A stretch of 64,000 nucleotides of DNA from Octopus sinensis (GCF_006345805.1 NC_043007.1:33232001-33296000); one strand, 5' to 3'. Positions 25,421-39,551 are shown, numbered from the stretch's first letter. The notes: a model not told the origin generated them from the sequence alone. Numbers and translations: made by a program.

Positions 25421-26018
25421 CAATCAAATACTTTATATTATATATACAATGCCTACTTGTACATACTTGCACATGCAGGTTGATTGTACTTGTTCAGTCA
25501 ACCATGTCAGCCTTAAATTATGATGCCAGACATCGTCACTTGATACTAACACACAAACGTAGTGGAGAACCTACAAAAATTTCTAAAACCAACCATGTGA
25601 CTATCTTCTACCAATCAAATCCTATTCAATATATATATACTAATCTGAGCTATGATCTCCCTATAAAAACAGGGAAACCTTCAAACACTAGTCAGAAGCA
25701 AGACTGTTGCGACATAAGCAACGCATTTCTATTTAACTTTTTTGAAAATCAGTGTAAACTATGAGACTGGTTAAAGCTTCCAATATTTTAATAAAAAATA
25801 TTTTAACTTTTCTCAATGTAATTTCTGTTTGCATTTGATGTATGAGATACCAAAAGATTCAGTAATCTTTCAGCTACCAAATGAAATATGCTTTATGCAC
25901 AATGATTCATTTTTACTAAAAAAGCAACCTCGGAAATGAGGTTGAGTTGCACAATTTTGAAGTCATTTTCAGGCAATATTTGAATTTGCTTCTAATCTCT
26001 GTTGCCTAATGTTTACAG

Positions 26019-26158
26019 TGTCAAAAAATGCAGTAATGCACAAGGAGTGTTATGAGTGCACTTGTGATGCACAAAACACTATCAATGGAAAATTACCAAA
26101 AAAACATGCTTTTGGGGGACAATTATTGGCACATTTTCCATCAGTGATGTGGCCTTAA
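26019..26158 (+). CDS. Candidate terminal exon (frame ambiguous)
   Basis: CTAAT branch-like sites plus tttacag acceptor. Phase 2 gives VKKCSNAQGVL*; phase 1 gives SKNAVMHKECYECTCD...WP*. Unique, UTR-like sequence follows. Confidence 0.3.
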
Positions 26159-26619
26159 ACTGCTAACGTGAACCTTTTCAGTATTTCATGATTAAACAAT
26201 GTCTTTGAAGTATTGTGATACCATTTCTTTGCACAGTGCCCTATTTTTCATTAGAAAATTTACTAACTAACCATGTTATGGAATAATTGTGATTGCTTCT
26301 GGCATTACTACCAAAAACAATTTGTCCATGTAGATTTTCTCGATAGCCAAAGGAGCATTTCAGGTTTAAATTCAATAAAATTTCCCCAAGGACTAAGCAC
26401 AATAAGAGCCTACATTCGTTCAAGTGTGGTAAAGATGTGAAGAAATGACTAAAACCTTTTGAACTATTTTGCCTTTAACATTTTTCCCTTTATATAACCC
26501 AATTTAGGCAAAGATCCTTATCGTTATTAGTATATATTCATGCCTATTCATTCATTCCATAAACCACAAAGTTCGTAAGGATCTTGCCACAATCTCCCTA
26601 TTTTTCACAGTGGTTGAGC

Positions 26620-27021
26620 ATATACTATAATGTGGGTGGCGCAATGGAAAAAAATGACTGACCTAATAACCTCAGTGAAGACAACAAATACACCATGCAG
26701 CTATGCGAGGGCAAATTAAAATCACATACACACATGAGTCCACCCATGGTGCGTGTCCTTTTATTGATCGGGATACACAATTTGTTCATTGATTGGTGCA
26801 ATTTTAAATCAATTTTCCCTTATCAGAGTCATGTACTGCAATAACAGTTGGTCATGGTATTATTGTTGTGAATGACCTGGGCGATGCTTGAGTGCATTGT
26901 GTGGTGCATATGTTCTGCTTCAACTCGAAAAATGAGTATATATATATTGAGGATATATATATATATAATACAATGTGGTTGTGGATCATAACACCTGGGC
27001 AATGATGGGCTGCATAGCTAG
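26620..27021 (+). mobile_element. Possible old non-autonomous Helitron
   Basis: 3' end CCTGGGCAATGATGGG...CTAG followed by T, a decayed form of the hairpin/CTAG end of the younger Helitrons; 5' end uncertain. Confidence 0.35.
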
Positions 27022-28074
27022 TGTGTGTGTGTATATATATATATAGTAAAATTTGATTTAGTATTACTAAATTGAATTTTTCCCTGTAAGTTTGGAATCA
27101 TATTCCCTAATATATATGTGTGTGTGTGTATGTGTATATTATGTGTATGTATACAAATATTTTTAGTGCTTTTTTAAATTTCAATTAGAATCAGAAACCT
27201 AGTTCACATTATTATAATAAATAAAAAGCATTTTAATAATAATAATAATAATAATTCTCGTTTTTATAAATAATACTGACAGTGAAAAAAATAAATTTAG
27301 GGCATTTTTTTTTGTCATTTTCGTTTTTCGTAAAACACGCAAACAAACATAGATCCACTCTCACAAATATATAAATATTTACCTATTAAACATGTCCACA
27401 AGCTTGAGACAATCTTCATACTGTGTATGTCATGTTTGTGTAAAAACGGTTTTGGACATATACATACATACAATATATATGTCTCTCCCGCTCTTTCTCT
27501 CTATATATATATACATACACACACAAACACACAATTACACACTCATACAAGCATACAAACACATACATGCACAAACAATTTTGATTAACTGATTGTAGGG
27601 AGACTTCTGAGATTCTCATATATTAAATACATATATTTTATATTTTTCTTTAGTTATTTTCATTTTTATATACGTTTTTATTTTCATTTTTATCTTACTT
27701 TCAATATCTCTACCTAAATTCTTTTTTGCAAATATCACCTCATTTCTATTTTCAAAGTTTTTCTCACTTTTATTATGTCTTAATATTATTAATATTCCAA
27801 GTTTTTGCACAAATATCTTTATTTTAACGAGTGCTTTCAATGCTTTCGTAATTATTAGCTGCCACCACTCTATTCTTCTTCCCCCCTCCCCAACCATGTT
27901 TCTACAATATATATTGATTGAACATCCACAGACATTTAGCCATCTTCTCTGAAAAGGTGAATTTCAAAACATCTGGCCATCATTCATGAAGACAATACAC
28001 AACACATATGCCCCACCCCACACATACATATGTATATATATTCATTTATAAGTGTATACATATATACATATATA

Positions 28075-28128
<54 letters not shown>

Positions 28129-28384
28129 CATACATACATCCCTCTCTCTCTTTCGGAGAGGCACAAGCACCTACACGCACACATACACACACGGCAGTAG
28201 TAACTTCCGCCTGCCGAATTCAATCACAAAGCTTCGGCCGGCTCGGGGCTATAGCGGAAGACACCTATATATATATATATATATATATATAGATAGATAT
28301 ATATATATGTATATATATAATATATATTATATATTTATATTATATATATATATATATATACACCTATATATATATATATATATT

Positions 28385-28660
28385 CTTTACTCTTTTACTT
28401 GTTTCAGTCATTTGACGGCAGCCATACGGGAGCACTGCCTTTAGTCAAAAAAACTGACCCCAGGACTTATTCTTTGTAAGCCAAGTACTTATTCTATTGA
28501 GTCTGTTTTGCCGAAACACTAAGTTACGGGGACATAAACACACCAGCATCAGTTGTCAAGCGATGTTGGGGTTCAAACACAGACACACAAACATATACAC
28601 ACACATATATATATATTCTACAGGCTTCTTCGAGTTTCCATCTACCAAATCCACTCCCAA
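28385..28660 (-). mobile_element. SINE family A, 3' part
   Basis: CTTTTACTTGTTTCAGTCATTTGAC...TCTACCAAATCCACTC. Confidence 0.85.
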
Positions 28661-28929
28661 ATTGGATCTCCCCATTTGCTGGTTAGGCTTTTTTGGGTCT
28701 GTAAGGGTTTATTCTCTGATTCAGGGAGGCAACCCATACTCATAAACGTTTTTATATGTTAAGACTTAAATCTTGATTTCTGAGTGTTTCCTCATATCCA
28801 TGATGCAGAAGTTAAAATTTTTTGTCTTTGTATAGATTCTGAAGAGCTGTCCACAAGGCTTTGGTTTCATGGACATAAAACTCTTTGATAATTCTATGTC
28901 CAAAATTTAAATTCTTGTTGTAATGTATA

Positions 28930-28962
<33 letters not shown>

Positions 28963-28966
<4 letters not shown>

Positions 28967-29171
28967 CATGTTGGACAGCTGAACTCTGCACATTTTTTCT
29001 CTCTCCATTTTTTCCATTCTCTCACCATTTTTACCCTCTCAATCCCTTCTATCGAAGAGCGTTGGATTGAAATGTAAAAACAACGTTTCCATTTTTCCCA
29101 AGCATTAAATTAATACACCTACTTGTTGTTCCTATACCTGTCTTTGTCTTTTGTCTTCTGTAAATTTGAAC
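28963..29171 (+). mobile_element. Short hammerhead-family element (decayed), within (TA)n
   Basis: CTATCGAAGAGCGTTGGATTGAAATGTAAAA...GAGC/AGCATTAAATTAATAC...TTTGAAC+TA-rich tract; colinear with the 18965 and 61752 copies. Confidence 0.6.
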
Positions 29172-29993
29172 TAAATATATATGCATATATATACATATAT
29201 ATATACAGATATATATATATATATATATTATACAGATATATATATATATATACAGATATATATATATTATATATATATATATATATATAATATATATATA
29301 TACATACATACATACATATATAATATATATATATATATATATATACATATATATATTGGTAAAAACGGTAAGATAACAAAGAAAGAAAGAGACCTCAATA
29401 TTATGTAAATAGAGGAAATTTATCTATAAAATAATATGTACAATTACTCAAGAGTCAAGATAAAACTCTGAGTTTCAGATGCCGAAGTGGAAATCCACAA
29501 CATATATGAAAAGAAATTGTTGCCCTGTCACCAAAGTTTAGCAACATCAAGCGCCAAATCAGCATCCTAAATGGATGTCATGTGACACCATGAGAAAATC
29601 TAAGAAATGTGAGCATTTTCGGCTTTATAGCTGCAGACGTGTTCATGCAGTCAAACAGTTCACCTTATAAATATGTTGTTTAGAGTTCATTGAGATTGTG
29701 TTGCACAGCAGTCCAGAGATTTTACTGCTATGTCCTCTAGCTGACAAATGCCTTCTGACTGTGTAATCAATAGGTGGAAACCATAGGAAGCTAATATCCT
29801 ATCAGGTTCCTTTGTCTCTTGAAATATGAATGTATATAATGGCTGTATAGAATATGTTTCCTCAAGATTCTATGAATTTATTTAGAGATTCTATGAGTTA
29901 AGGTATTGATTATGGTGAAAAGCATGGAAGATGGACCTTAAATGATAATGACGATGATACATATAAATCAATATATAATACATATGCAGACAA

Positions 29994-30028
<35 letters not shown>

Positions 30029-30156
30029 TAATTAATTAATAAGGGTGAGAGAATTAGATACTAATTTAATAGTATATCTATTCTACACCAAGTGGCCTAG
30101 TGCTCCGAGAAACCTGGATTATTATAATATTTTATAATATATTATAATATTTTTAC

Positions 30157-30403
30157 AAAATAAATATAAGAGAGTGGTCACTATATGGCTCACTCTAGCA
30201 CCAGTTAATCCAAAAGGTTTCAACCACAAAAATACATGTTTCCATGAAAGTCAGTACGATTGTTAGCTCACGATTGTTGCCCTGTCCGTGTGAGCTAACA
30301 ATCGTACTGACTTTCATGGGAAACATGTATTTTTGTGGTTGAAACTTTTGGATTAAATGGTGCTAGAGTGAGCCATATAGTGACCACTCTCTTATATTTA
30401 TTT

Positions 30404-30404
<1 letters not shown>
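30157..30404. repeat. Near-perfect inverted repeat, ~115-bp arms, 18-bp spacer
   Basis: AAAATAAATATAAGAGAGTGGTCAC...GTTAGCTCAC / GTGAGCTAAC...GTGACCACTCTCTTATATTTATTTT. Confidence 0.95.
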
Positions 30405-30439
<35 letters not shown>

Positions 30440-30902
30440 AAGGTTGTCTTATTCTGTGTAGGTAGAAATATTGAAGAAAAGAAGTTGAAAATACACTGGG
30501 ATTCGTTTAGATTTTTCATTTTTTAATTTTCAAAGATTTAACTGGTTTCACAGTTTTATCTGATTTTCAAAAGTTGAAAGATAAAGACGTGGAGTTACGC
30601 TGCAAGTTCCTTGCTTCTCAGAAGTAAGACAGTTGCATGGTTAAGTCTTTAAAAATTAAAAGATAAAAAGTCTAAAGGAACTCCAGTGCATTTTCAACTT
30701 CTGTGTGTGCATATATATATATATATATATCTTTATTTATACATGCATACATACATCAATCTATCTCTCAATATCTATCTCTTTTATATACATACACACA
30801 TATATATGTACACACACACACACGTCGTCACATGGTCATGTGATATTTATATATATACATACATACATAGATGTATATATTATATACATGTATATATATA
30901 TA

Positions 30903-30943
<41 letters not shown>

Positions 30944-30951
30944 CATTATTG

Positions 30952-31372
30952 GAATTGAAGAAATGGAGCTGAACGCAGATTGAACAGAAATCGTTTTATT
31001 TCATTCTACACGTGTTCGAAAGGCACAAATTACCAAATCCGATTGAATAATGGGACCATATTGTGTCTTTCTCTTCAGGAAGAAAAAAGGAAATCCGTTG
31101 GAAAACAAAAACAGAACAGAGGCAGAGCAAAAAACAAATCGAACTGTGCTCCTAAGAGCCCATGGGCTCTTAGGAGCACAGTTCGATTTGTTTTTTTGCT
31201 CTGCCTCTGTTCTGTTTTTTGTTTTCCAACGGATTTCCTTTTTTCTTCCTGAAGAGAAGACACAATATGGTCCCATTATTCAATCGGATTTTGGTAATTT
31301 GTGCCTTCGACACGTGTAGAATGAAATAAAACGATTTCTGTTCATCTGCGTTCAGCTCCATTTCTTCAATTC
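30952..31372. repeat. ~420-bp spacerless palindrome of two head-to-head hammerhead-bearing pLTR-like arms
   Basis: Centre GAGCCCA|TGGGCTC at 31162/31163. The arms differ by ~7 single-base homopolymer indels. Each arm reads outward CTGAAGA-GAA(A)G...CTT(T)C-GA(A)-CACGTG-TA. Confidence 0.95.
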
Positions 31373-31535
31373 ACCAAAATGTTTTAATTTCAATTATCCG
31401 CACCAACTCCACGGTTGCAACGCCAGATGGTTGTACCCCAACCGTGCTGTTCACTGCTGTGATTTTTGCTACTAAGGTATCGGTTAAACTTTTGATTAAT
31501 CTACTACAAGATTATTCATCTTTCTATTTCACATA

Positions 31536-31566
<31 letters not shown>

Positions 31567-32229
31567 GTGTATATATATATATATAGCATACATAAACATC
31601 TGCATAGGTATGTGCATATATATGTACATATGTGTGTGTCAGTGTGTTTGTGTGCATAGATGTGTGCATGTGTACACACATGTATGCATGCATACATAGT
31701 GTATTCTCTCAACTACGTTCACCACTTCGGAAACAAAAATATTGAAGTCCATCTAAACTTAGTAATAATCATATTTTCTTGAAATTATACTTTCTATTAC
31801 ATTAATTTCTACATATATTGATTTTTATATTTATCTATTTTTCATTTATTTATTTATTTATCTATTTATGTATTTATTCATTTATACACACTTTTACCTG
31901 CCCCTCTCTCTCTCTCTCTCTCTCTTATACTTACTTTTTTATCTTTTTTATTATTTTTTTTTTAGGTTTTTTAGAAGTGGTAAAATAAGGAAAAAGTATG
32001 TCAAATGATTTCAAGAGAATCGATTTAAACAAATTTTCTGCAGACCAAATTAATTTTCAGGAATTTAGCTATAATTTTCTCGTCTAAACAACATTCAATC
32101 AAATTGTTTCCTGCAATACTCACTTCCTCACTCAATTCTATAATATCTAATCTAATTTAGCCAACCCAATCATTCTAGTTAAATGTTTCTCTATCTGTTC
32201 TTAGATGTGCATGTACGTGTGTATGCATA

Positions 32230-32432
32230 TAAAGGCACCCTTTACACACATCATGCAGGCATGTAAAAAGCACCCATTACACTCTCGGAGTTGTTGGCTT
32301 TAGGAAGGGCATCCAGCTGTAGAAAAACCATGCTAAATGAGACTGGAGTTCGGTGCAGCCTTCTAGCTTACCAGCCCTGGTCAAACCGTCCAACCCATGC
32401 CAGCATGGACAACGGATGTTCAATGATGATGA
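32230..32432 (+). mobile_element. Family D repeat
   Basis: GGCATGTAAAAAGCACCCATTACACTCTCGGAG..AGGAAGGGCATCCAGCTGTAG..CCATGCCAGCATGGACAACGGATG. Confidence 0.85.
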
Positions 32433-32479
32433 TATATAGATATAGAAAGAGATAGAGAGAGAAGGGGAGAGGGGAAGAT

Positions 32480-32800
<321 letters not shown>

Positions 32801-32969
32801 GATACATACATATGTATGTATATAGATTTTTATTCTCTCTTTCTTTCACTGGCAAATACATTACATTCACATATCCATATCCGTATGCAGTTATGAATAT
32901 ATATATATTTATTTACATATATATATATTTACATATATATATATTTACATATATATATATATATGAATA

Positions 32970-33100
32970 AAAAAATGGAGTTAACGCAGGTGTAATCAAA
33001 TATTTTTACTTTCGACACATGTTTCGAAAATTCCACTGATACTATTCAAAAGAATAAATGGTATAAACAATGCAATCTTCTCCTCCGGAAAGTGAAATTT
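32970..33100 (-). mobile_element. pLTR-like fragment related to the palindrome arms, with mutated hammerhead
   Basis: Minus strand TTTC-CGGAGGA-GAAG...TTTC-GAAA-CATGTG-TC-GAAA; shares ATGGAGYTRAACGCAG-like flank with 30963-30979. Confidence 0.6.
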
Positions 33101-34001
33101 TTGCTGCCTGGTAACTATTTATTTATTTTTTCCGTGTTAATTGTTAACAAGGTAAAAATACATCATCTATTTATATATATATATATTTTTGTATACATAT
33201 AATATAATATATATATATATATATATATTAAGGTATGTAGAAAAATACAACCATGGAAGAACGTATAACTCTTAGAAGACATACAATAAACACGGACAGG
33301 ACATTCGAAACCCTCAGTCTTCAGTCAAGAACCGGATCATCGTAGTAATTCGGGCTGATATATATATACATATATATATACATATGTATACATATCATTA
33401 CCATCATCATCATCATTATCATCATTTAACAACCATGTGCAATGCTTCCATGGATTGGATGGTTTGACAAGGATCCACCAAGCCAAAGGACTGCATCATA
33501 CTCAAGTGTCTGCTGTGGAATGGCTTCTTTGACTGGATGTCCTTCCTAATTCCAACCACTTTACAATGTATACCAGGTGCTTTTTCCTCGTGCCTTTAGC
33601 ACTACTGAGGCAACCATGCAACTCACAAGGCAACAAACAGAAAGGCTGGAGGATTCTGTGTTTGGGTATCAGATGGAGGCTAAGCTATGGGGGAAAAGGC
33701 TAAGGTAGGGGAGTGCCATACTGTACAGTTTTCCTCTACCACCTCCACTCACCTGGCATTACTCCATCCCTAACTATAGTAGAAGACACTTTGTAAGTTA
33801 CCATATTCTTGGAATGAACTTTAAAGTACATGAGTTTGAAAAAAAATTCCATGTTAGGAGCAAGGTGTGTACTGAATGCCTTACACAATAAATTCTTAAT
33901 TATCAATATCTTTGACAGACAGAAAAGAAAAGGGAAACTTGTGGTAGTTGTAAGCAATTATGGATAATAAGGGGAGATAATTTGAAGGAAATCAAAAATA
34001 A

Positions 34002-34101
34002 NNNNNNNNNNNNNNNNNNNNNNNNNNNNNNNNNNNNNNNNNNNNNNNNNNNNNNNNNNNNNNNNNNNNNNNNNNNNNNNNNNNNNNNNNNNNNNNNNNN
34101 N
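34002..34101. other. Assembly gap (100 N)
   Basis: Run of exactly 100 N, typical of a scaffolding placeholder. Confidence 0.99.
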
Positions 34102-34300
34102 AAAACAAGGTACAGAGATAGTATTAGGTTTACGCTCCGGAAATGGAGTGGAGAAGAAGGAGAAGTCTTTTATGTTTCGAGTATACGCTCTTCTTCGGAA
34201 AGGAAGGATTATACAAGGAACGAAGGAAAGAGAAAGAAAATGGATCAAGGAACGTACGTGTATACAACCGTCACAGCATACGCGCGAACGTATATACATA
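34102..34300 (-). mobile_element. Short hammerhead-family element (core CCGAAGA variant)
   Basis: Minus strand TTT-CCGAAGA-A-GAG-cgtata-CTC-GAAACATAAAAGAC...CCGGAGCGTAAACCTAATAC. Confidence 0.65.
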
Positions 34301-34571
34301 CACACTAGAAGCAGCTTTTAAACAGGAGAGATTTCCTCAACCGGTTATTGTTATCAAAGAGATTTCATTAAAACGTGGTCACCACCGGTGGCTTATAGTG
34401 TAACCCTGACCACAGTCGAGAGAACTATAGAGAGTAAGTGCAGAGGATTAAAACAGATAATGTTTTATCGAGCCCGGATGACTGAAAGACGTCAGCGGGA
34501 TTTGAACTGAAAGCCAGAAGATTTACCAAAAGGCGATTAAATCCAACACTTTAACAGACTTTACACTTTCA

Positions 34572-34634
<63 letters not shown>

Positions 34635-34680
34635 TGTATACAGACAGGCACAATATAATACACTTGTGTATGTGAATGTA

Positions 34681-34711
<31 letters not shown>

Positions 34712-34738
34712 TTACATATTCATACACACTCACACACA

Positions 34739-34782
<44 letters not shown>

Positions 34783-35119
34783 TGAGAAAAAAAAGAAAAT
34801 AGAGAAACTGATGTAGACATCAGTTTACTCAGAGATATCAAAATCAATATAATATGATATTCTTATCCCTACGGCCGTTTCCATTGCCAATTAATTTAAT
34901 TAGAGAAATTAGATTAATTTCATTTTTGAATAAAATGAAATTTATATGTCAATTTCTCTACTTTTCTTCTTTTTTTCCTTCATAAATAATGTAAATACCA
35001 ATATCAATCAATGCAAAACTAACGTATTTAGCTTTTCACTGAACACTGATATAAACCGAAGAACTAGGATGCAAACGTCCCTTAAAGGATTATAGGTCCT
35101 TGGCATAATTAAATTTATA

Positions 35120-35418
35120 TCTTTATATATAAAAGTGAAGTTGTGTGTCTGTCTCCTACGATTTAGATTCCTAACTACTCCCACATTTTGCGGTGCAGTG
35201 TAACCAAACGCGGGTATCTTATAGTCGTGATTCATATCAAGCCCTTCTGGGTATTAGCGCGCGTCTACGATGAGTCTACGATTTTAAAAAAAATTTACCA
35301 TAATCTTTTCCCATTTTTAATGCAATTTTTTGCTATTATATAAGGGAAGTAACTCTCTAAAAATGCTTATATAGTTTTTTCCCTTACAAACCCGAGCAAC
35401 GCCGGGCGATACTGCTAT
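35120..35418 (+). mobile_element. Non-autonomous Helitron H1 (shorter variant)
   Basis: 5' TCTTTATATATAAAAG after A; 3' CCCGAGCAACGCCGGG hairpin, then CTAT (degenerate CTAG). Confidence 0.85.
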
Positions 35419-35721
35419 AATATATATAAATACAAAATGGGACAAGAACGTAAAACATCCGGACAACTAGGTGATACATAAAGGGACAACAAAACATCAA
35501 GATAGACGATACAAAAAAAAACCAGGACGAGTCATTCGAAGCTTTTCATCCTCAGTCAAGAACCAGATCATCCTCGCAATTTTTGCTAATTAATCTTGAG
35601 ATTGCTCCAATCTGGCCAGCCCCAAGGAAAAACTAAGCTAAGAGCATTAGATTCCTTGGAAAAAAGCATCGAATGTATACGAAAACAAGGACGGAATATA
35701 TACATATATTTATATCACTAT

Positions 35722-36026
35722 GATCACCGTGACCGAGCAGGCTATCAGATGTTGCTACACATCGCTGGTCACAATGCGCTTCGCATTGTTTTAGCCTTCA
35801 AATGACGCCACCCCGATGGCTCAAGCGAGCAGGCCGACAAAAGAAAAAGTGAGGGAAAGTTGTGGCGAAAGAGTACAGCAGGGATCGCCACAACACCCTG
35901 CTGGAGCCTCGTAGAGCTTTAGGTGCTTTCGCTCAATAAACACTCACAACGCTCGGACTGGGAATCGAAACTGCGATCCTACGACCGGCAGTCCGCTGCC
36001 CTAACCACTAGGCCATTGCGCCTCCA
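35722..36026 (-). mobile_element. SINE family C (head, M1 body, alternative tail T2)
   Basis: Head and body homologous to 16750-16930; different 3' sequence. Confidence 0.85.
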
Positions 36027-36055
36027 TATATATTTTTATATATGTGTATGTGTGT

Positions 36056-36103
<48 letters not shown>

Positions 36104-36234
36104 GAAGAAAGTTAGAAGGCTTCACAGATTTGGTTTACTGGATTTCAACCGTATAGAGCCCTTCATTACACTCCTAAGTATTTGCTTAGTATGTGGTTTG
36201 TAGCCTGGTCCAAAAAAGGAGCATTTTTGTAATT

Positions 36235-36833
36235 ACCTATTTCTTTATTACCCACAAGGGGCTAAACACAGAGGGGGACACACAAGGACAGACATAGGTA
36301 TTAAGTCGATTACATCGACCCCAGTGCGGAACTGTACTTAATTTATATCGACCCCGAAAGGAGAAAGGCAAAGTCGACCTCGGCGAATTTTAACTCACAA
36401 CGTAACGGCAACGAATCCTATTTCTTATTACCCACAAGGGGCTAACACAGAGAGGACAAACAAGGACAGACATATGTATTAAGTCGATTACATCGACCAC
36501 AGTGCGTAACTGTACTTATTAATTTATCGACCCCCCGAAAGGATGAAAGGCAAAGTCGACCTCGGCGGAATTTGAACTCACACGTAGCGGCAGACGAAAT
36601 ACCTATTTCTTTATTACCCACAAGGGGCTAACACAGAGGAGACAACAAGGACAGACATAGGTATTAAGTCGATTACATCGACCCCAGTGCGTAACTGGTA
36701 CTTAATTTTCGACCCCCGAAAGGATGAAAGGCAAAGTCGACCTCGGCGGAATTTGAACTCACAACGTAGCGACAGACGAAATACCGCTAAGCATTTCACC
36801 CGGCGTGCTAACGTTTCTACCAGCTCGCCGCCT
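36235..36833 (-). mobile_element. SINE family B tandem array (three ~180-bp units plus head)
   Basis: CCTATTTCTT(T)ATTACCCACAAGGGG recurs at about 36236, 36417 and 36602. Confidence 0.92.
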
Positions 36834-37274
36834 TTTTGTAATTACCACCGGACTGGATAAATGCAGAAATGGTTTCATTCGATGGTCAACGGCCACACAC
36901 CTACATAGAAATTCACCACAGATTTTTTTCCTGCAACTCATGGACTAGTAATCTTCATTCATTATCCAAACACAGTTGTAAGTGGACAGTTAATATTCCC
37001 GTTACCCGTCAGGCGAGTTTTGTCGAGACAAGTTTTTACAGTTTCTGCGTGGGTTGGATTTAGAATTCAAAATTTGCGCCTTTTATTTATCTATTTTAGT
37101 CGTCGGCGTAGGAAGTGTGTTTACAATTTGATAGTATGTTTCTAATGAATTTTGTCGTTTTATCGTTTCGCCTAAAAGATAAACGCTTGCGGGTCCGGAA
37201 CCAAGGGTGACGTTTTTTTCTTGTTTTTACAAAGACTCTGTACCGATGTGTGTTGACGGGGAGTATAACTGTAC

Positions 37275-37373
<99 letters not shown>

Positions 37374-37426
37374 GTCTGCCTGTCTGTCTATCTATCTATC
37401 TATCTATCTGTCTACCTGTCTACCTG

Positions 37427-37492
<66 letters not shown>

Positions 37493-37627
37493 ATATATAT
37501 ATATATATCTATCTGTCTGTCTGTCTACCTGTCTATCTATCTATCTATCTATCTATATCTATCTATCTATCTATATATATATATTTAAATAGGATAAAAT
37601 CTTAATAAGAAATTATCAGGTAGTTAG

Positions 37628-37670
<43 letters not shown>

Positions 37671-37775
37671 ACCTTTATCTATGTGCGTATGTGTTTACAA
37701 GTGCCGATGCAGGAAAGCCTCAGCCGTTGAGTCACTCTGTAACTTGCACCGATTATCAACACACACACACACATA

Positions 37776-37813
<38 letters not shown>

Positions 37814-37992
37814 TTATATTTTACAAACAAGGAAGTAAAAACACCTCGAACGCAGTATAACTGGGAAAAAAAGCAAGAAAGATTGGGTACTTACCCTTAT
37901 ACGAATATAAATATATGCAGACGGTGTACCATGAACTTACAGGTACAGTAGCTTTCTTTTTATGGGTAAATACACACACGCGCGCGCACATA

Positions 37993-38391
37993 TCTTTATA
38001 TATAAAAGTGAAGTTGTGTGTCTGTCTCCTACGATTTAGATTCCTAACTACTCCCACATTTTGCGGTGCAGTTTAACCAAAACCGGGTATCTTATAGTCG
38101 TGATTCATATCGAGCCCTTCTGTGTATTAGCGCGCGTCTACGATGAGTCTACGATTTTAAAAATAATTTACCATCATTTTTTTTCCATTTTAATGCATTT
38201 TCGCTATTATATAAGGGAAGTAACTCTCTAAAAATGTCTACGATGAGTCAACGATTTAAAACAAAAATTTACCATCATATTTTTTCCCCATTTTTAATGC
38301 ATTTTTTGCTATTTTTTGGCTATAACTCTCTAAAAATGCTTATATAGTTATTTCTCTTACAAACCCGAGCAACGCCGGGCGATACTGCTAG
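37993..38391 (+). mobile_element. Non-autonomous Helitron H1
   Basis: A|TC 5' end; subterminal hairpin; CTAG|T 3' end; no TSD. Confidence 0.92.
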
Positions 38392-38587
38392 TATAATATA
38401 TATATATGTGTATGTGTGTGTGTGTGTGTCTCTGTGCTTTGGTAAGCATAGCATATTGCTGTCTATATTAATTCTATGTATACACATTAGCGATTCGCAA
38501 AATCATGCATGAATTCTTATGGTGAAAACATACACACTGATAGGGAATTAAGTTCGGAATCTGCCGAAGTCGAGCCAGTCCTTATAT

Positions 38588-38622
<35 letters not shown>

Positions 38623-38875
38623 CTGGATATCCTTGTTGCTTATTTTGATTGCAATCACCCAATTTTGAATTATATGGATAATACCATACTAAATTCTGGT
38701 GCCTTTAACTTAAGTACCATATTCAACTGAATCTAAATTTTACTGAACTTATATATATATATATCCTAAAAAAATCCTTAAAAAGGTTTCAGCCCGAAGG
38801 TTGTGGCCATGGTGGGGCATATATATATATATATATATATCTAGAGAGAGAGAGAGAGAGAGAGATTGATAGATT

Positions 38876-38915
<40 letters not shown>

Positions 38916-39551
38916 TAAACTTATTCAGAGGAAGGCCTCGCGAAAGCACCATTCAATCCAGGATTGCTCGATGCTCACCTGCTGATGCTAAACATCAGCA
39001 GCAAACAAAGACGAATGCTCGTAGATATTTCATCAATATCAGAAATATAAACGGAAGCGTTATCCACAAGTGCGGATTTATTGATTCTTGTCTGAGCGAA
39101 CTTTGGAGGAACGGTCAATAAATATATTTTTAATAAGGAAATTAGGAAAGCCGCTAGCTTATGACATGGCTATAGCAACGCTGTAGGTTTATTTTAGATA
39201 TGTGCTGATTCTCTGTAGATTTTGTTCAAACCACACTGTTTTTCATCCTTTTCGAAGAAGGGTCCATTGAAATATGTTGACTTCAGTTCTGTCTTTAATG
39301 CCTGTCTCTGGTTTGTGCTTGCCATTCTAAGATCGGGCTTTGTCACTTTGCGTTTACATTGATTTCTCATGCGAATTTATATTAGGACAACACATGCCTT
39401 TAGAATAATCATGAACTCAATAAGTTCTTAATAGTACAATACACATATGTATATGTGTGTGTGAGAGAGAGAGAGAGTATGTATGTATGTATGTATGTAT
39501 GTATGTATGTATGTATGTATGTATGTATGTATGTATGTATGAATGTATGTG

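Noticed and set aside
30980-31361. Mirror ORFs on both strands as a sense/antisense gene pair
   Set aside because: A trivial consequence of the palindrome; frames break at the homopolymer indels.
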